From Patellaria atrata CBS 101060 (Eukaryota): a stretch of DNA of 64,000 nucleotides. Position 1 is the stretch's first letter, and every line of letters begins with the position of its first letter. The stretch is taken from the NCBI GenBank assembly GCA_010093705.1, contig MU006110.1, positions 1 to 64,000 of the forward strand, in the 5' to 3' direction. This document shows positions 63,423-64,000 of this stretch, piece by piece. A program made the position numbers and the translations under genes. The notes under the pieces were generated by a model. It saw nothing but the letters and a program-made list of their open reading frames with translations, was not told the origin of the DNA and did not search any database.

Positions 63423-64000
63423 TGTTGTAACGTGATAGGTGGAAGAGGCGGTAATGGTTTTGATCCCCAAGTCTTCGATTTCAGTTCCCTTGAATATGAA
63501 ACTTATTTCTGAACAATGGTGCTCTGATAATTGCAGTATGAAGATCACTGGATGCACAGTTTCTTGGACAATGATAGTAATGATATCTGAATAGCTAATG
63601 TTGCAAGCTCTTTCCTTTGTAGACTAGCTATGCATGTATTGCTCCCTCCCAGAGGAAATGTCCTTCAAGTACTGCGTATAGAGCCAGAAAATGAGAGAAA
63701 CAGAAGGATAAAGACCGTGTAAAACATGAATACATCAATAATACAGAGGCACTTATCAAATTGGAGTCGAACCTTTATCCGTTTTTATGATACCCTACCC
63801 ATCCCTATCCCATTGATTATGACCCATCTCTTGTGTGTAACGCCGAAATCCATGCATATACTGATTGAACCCACACGACCATGTAGCCCCTTAGTATGCT
63901 CGAAAACGCCCATCTTCCGCTGAAGTGCATGAAATTACTCAAGAACGCCTCATTTGCCGCTGAAGGGTGTGGAAAGAACTTCAAGAGAGAATATCGCTAA

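Overview
Eukaryotic DNA from a filamentous ascomycete (Pezizomycotina; inferred from short GT-AG introns with CTRAC/CTAAT branch points, the gene families present and an AT/TpA-rich RIP-like tract). Positions 1-5.7 kb are a repeat-rich accessory edge: RIP-like debris, three related putative transposon ends, a 5'-truncated hAT transposon across an assembly gap, a multi-C2H2 gene, and a GFA/CENP-V pseudogene cut by a TIR element. Positions 6.7-63.4 kb are an ordinary gene-dense core of 23 mostly intron-containing genes (MCD4, EthA-like BVMO, nitronate monooxygenase, AKR1, eIF3g, MAPEG, TfdA-like dioxygenase, PAS protein, EED, secreted Cys-rich protein, Zn2Cys6 TF, MepB, GGCT, R3H-associated protein, LAP1, SET3-like, RKM5-like, acyl-CoA ligase, LTA4H, GH47 and three hypotheticals). 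Best leads: (1) an AUG-free, stop-free 68-codon in-frame leader on the MepB peptidase with two strong-context CUG codons and a perfect PTS2 (RVTAILDHL); (2) an intact GH47 mannosidase gene lacking several catalytic carboxylates (probable pseudoenzyme); (3) three stacked element termini sharing architecture and an ATTGTAGTTAGG(G) end but carrying different internal repeat words. All calls come from reading the sequence by eye; no searches were run and exon boundaries are manual.
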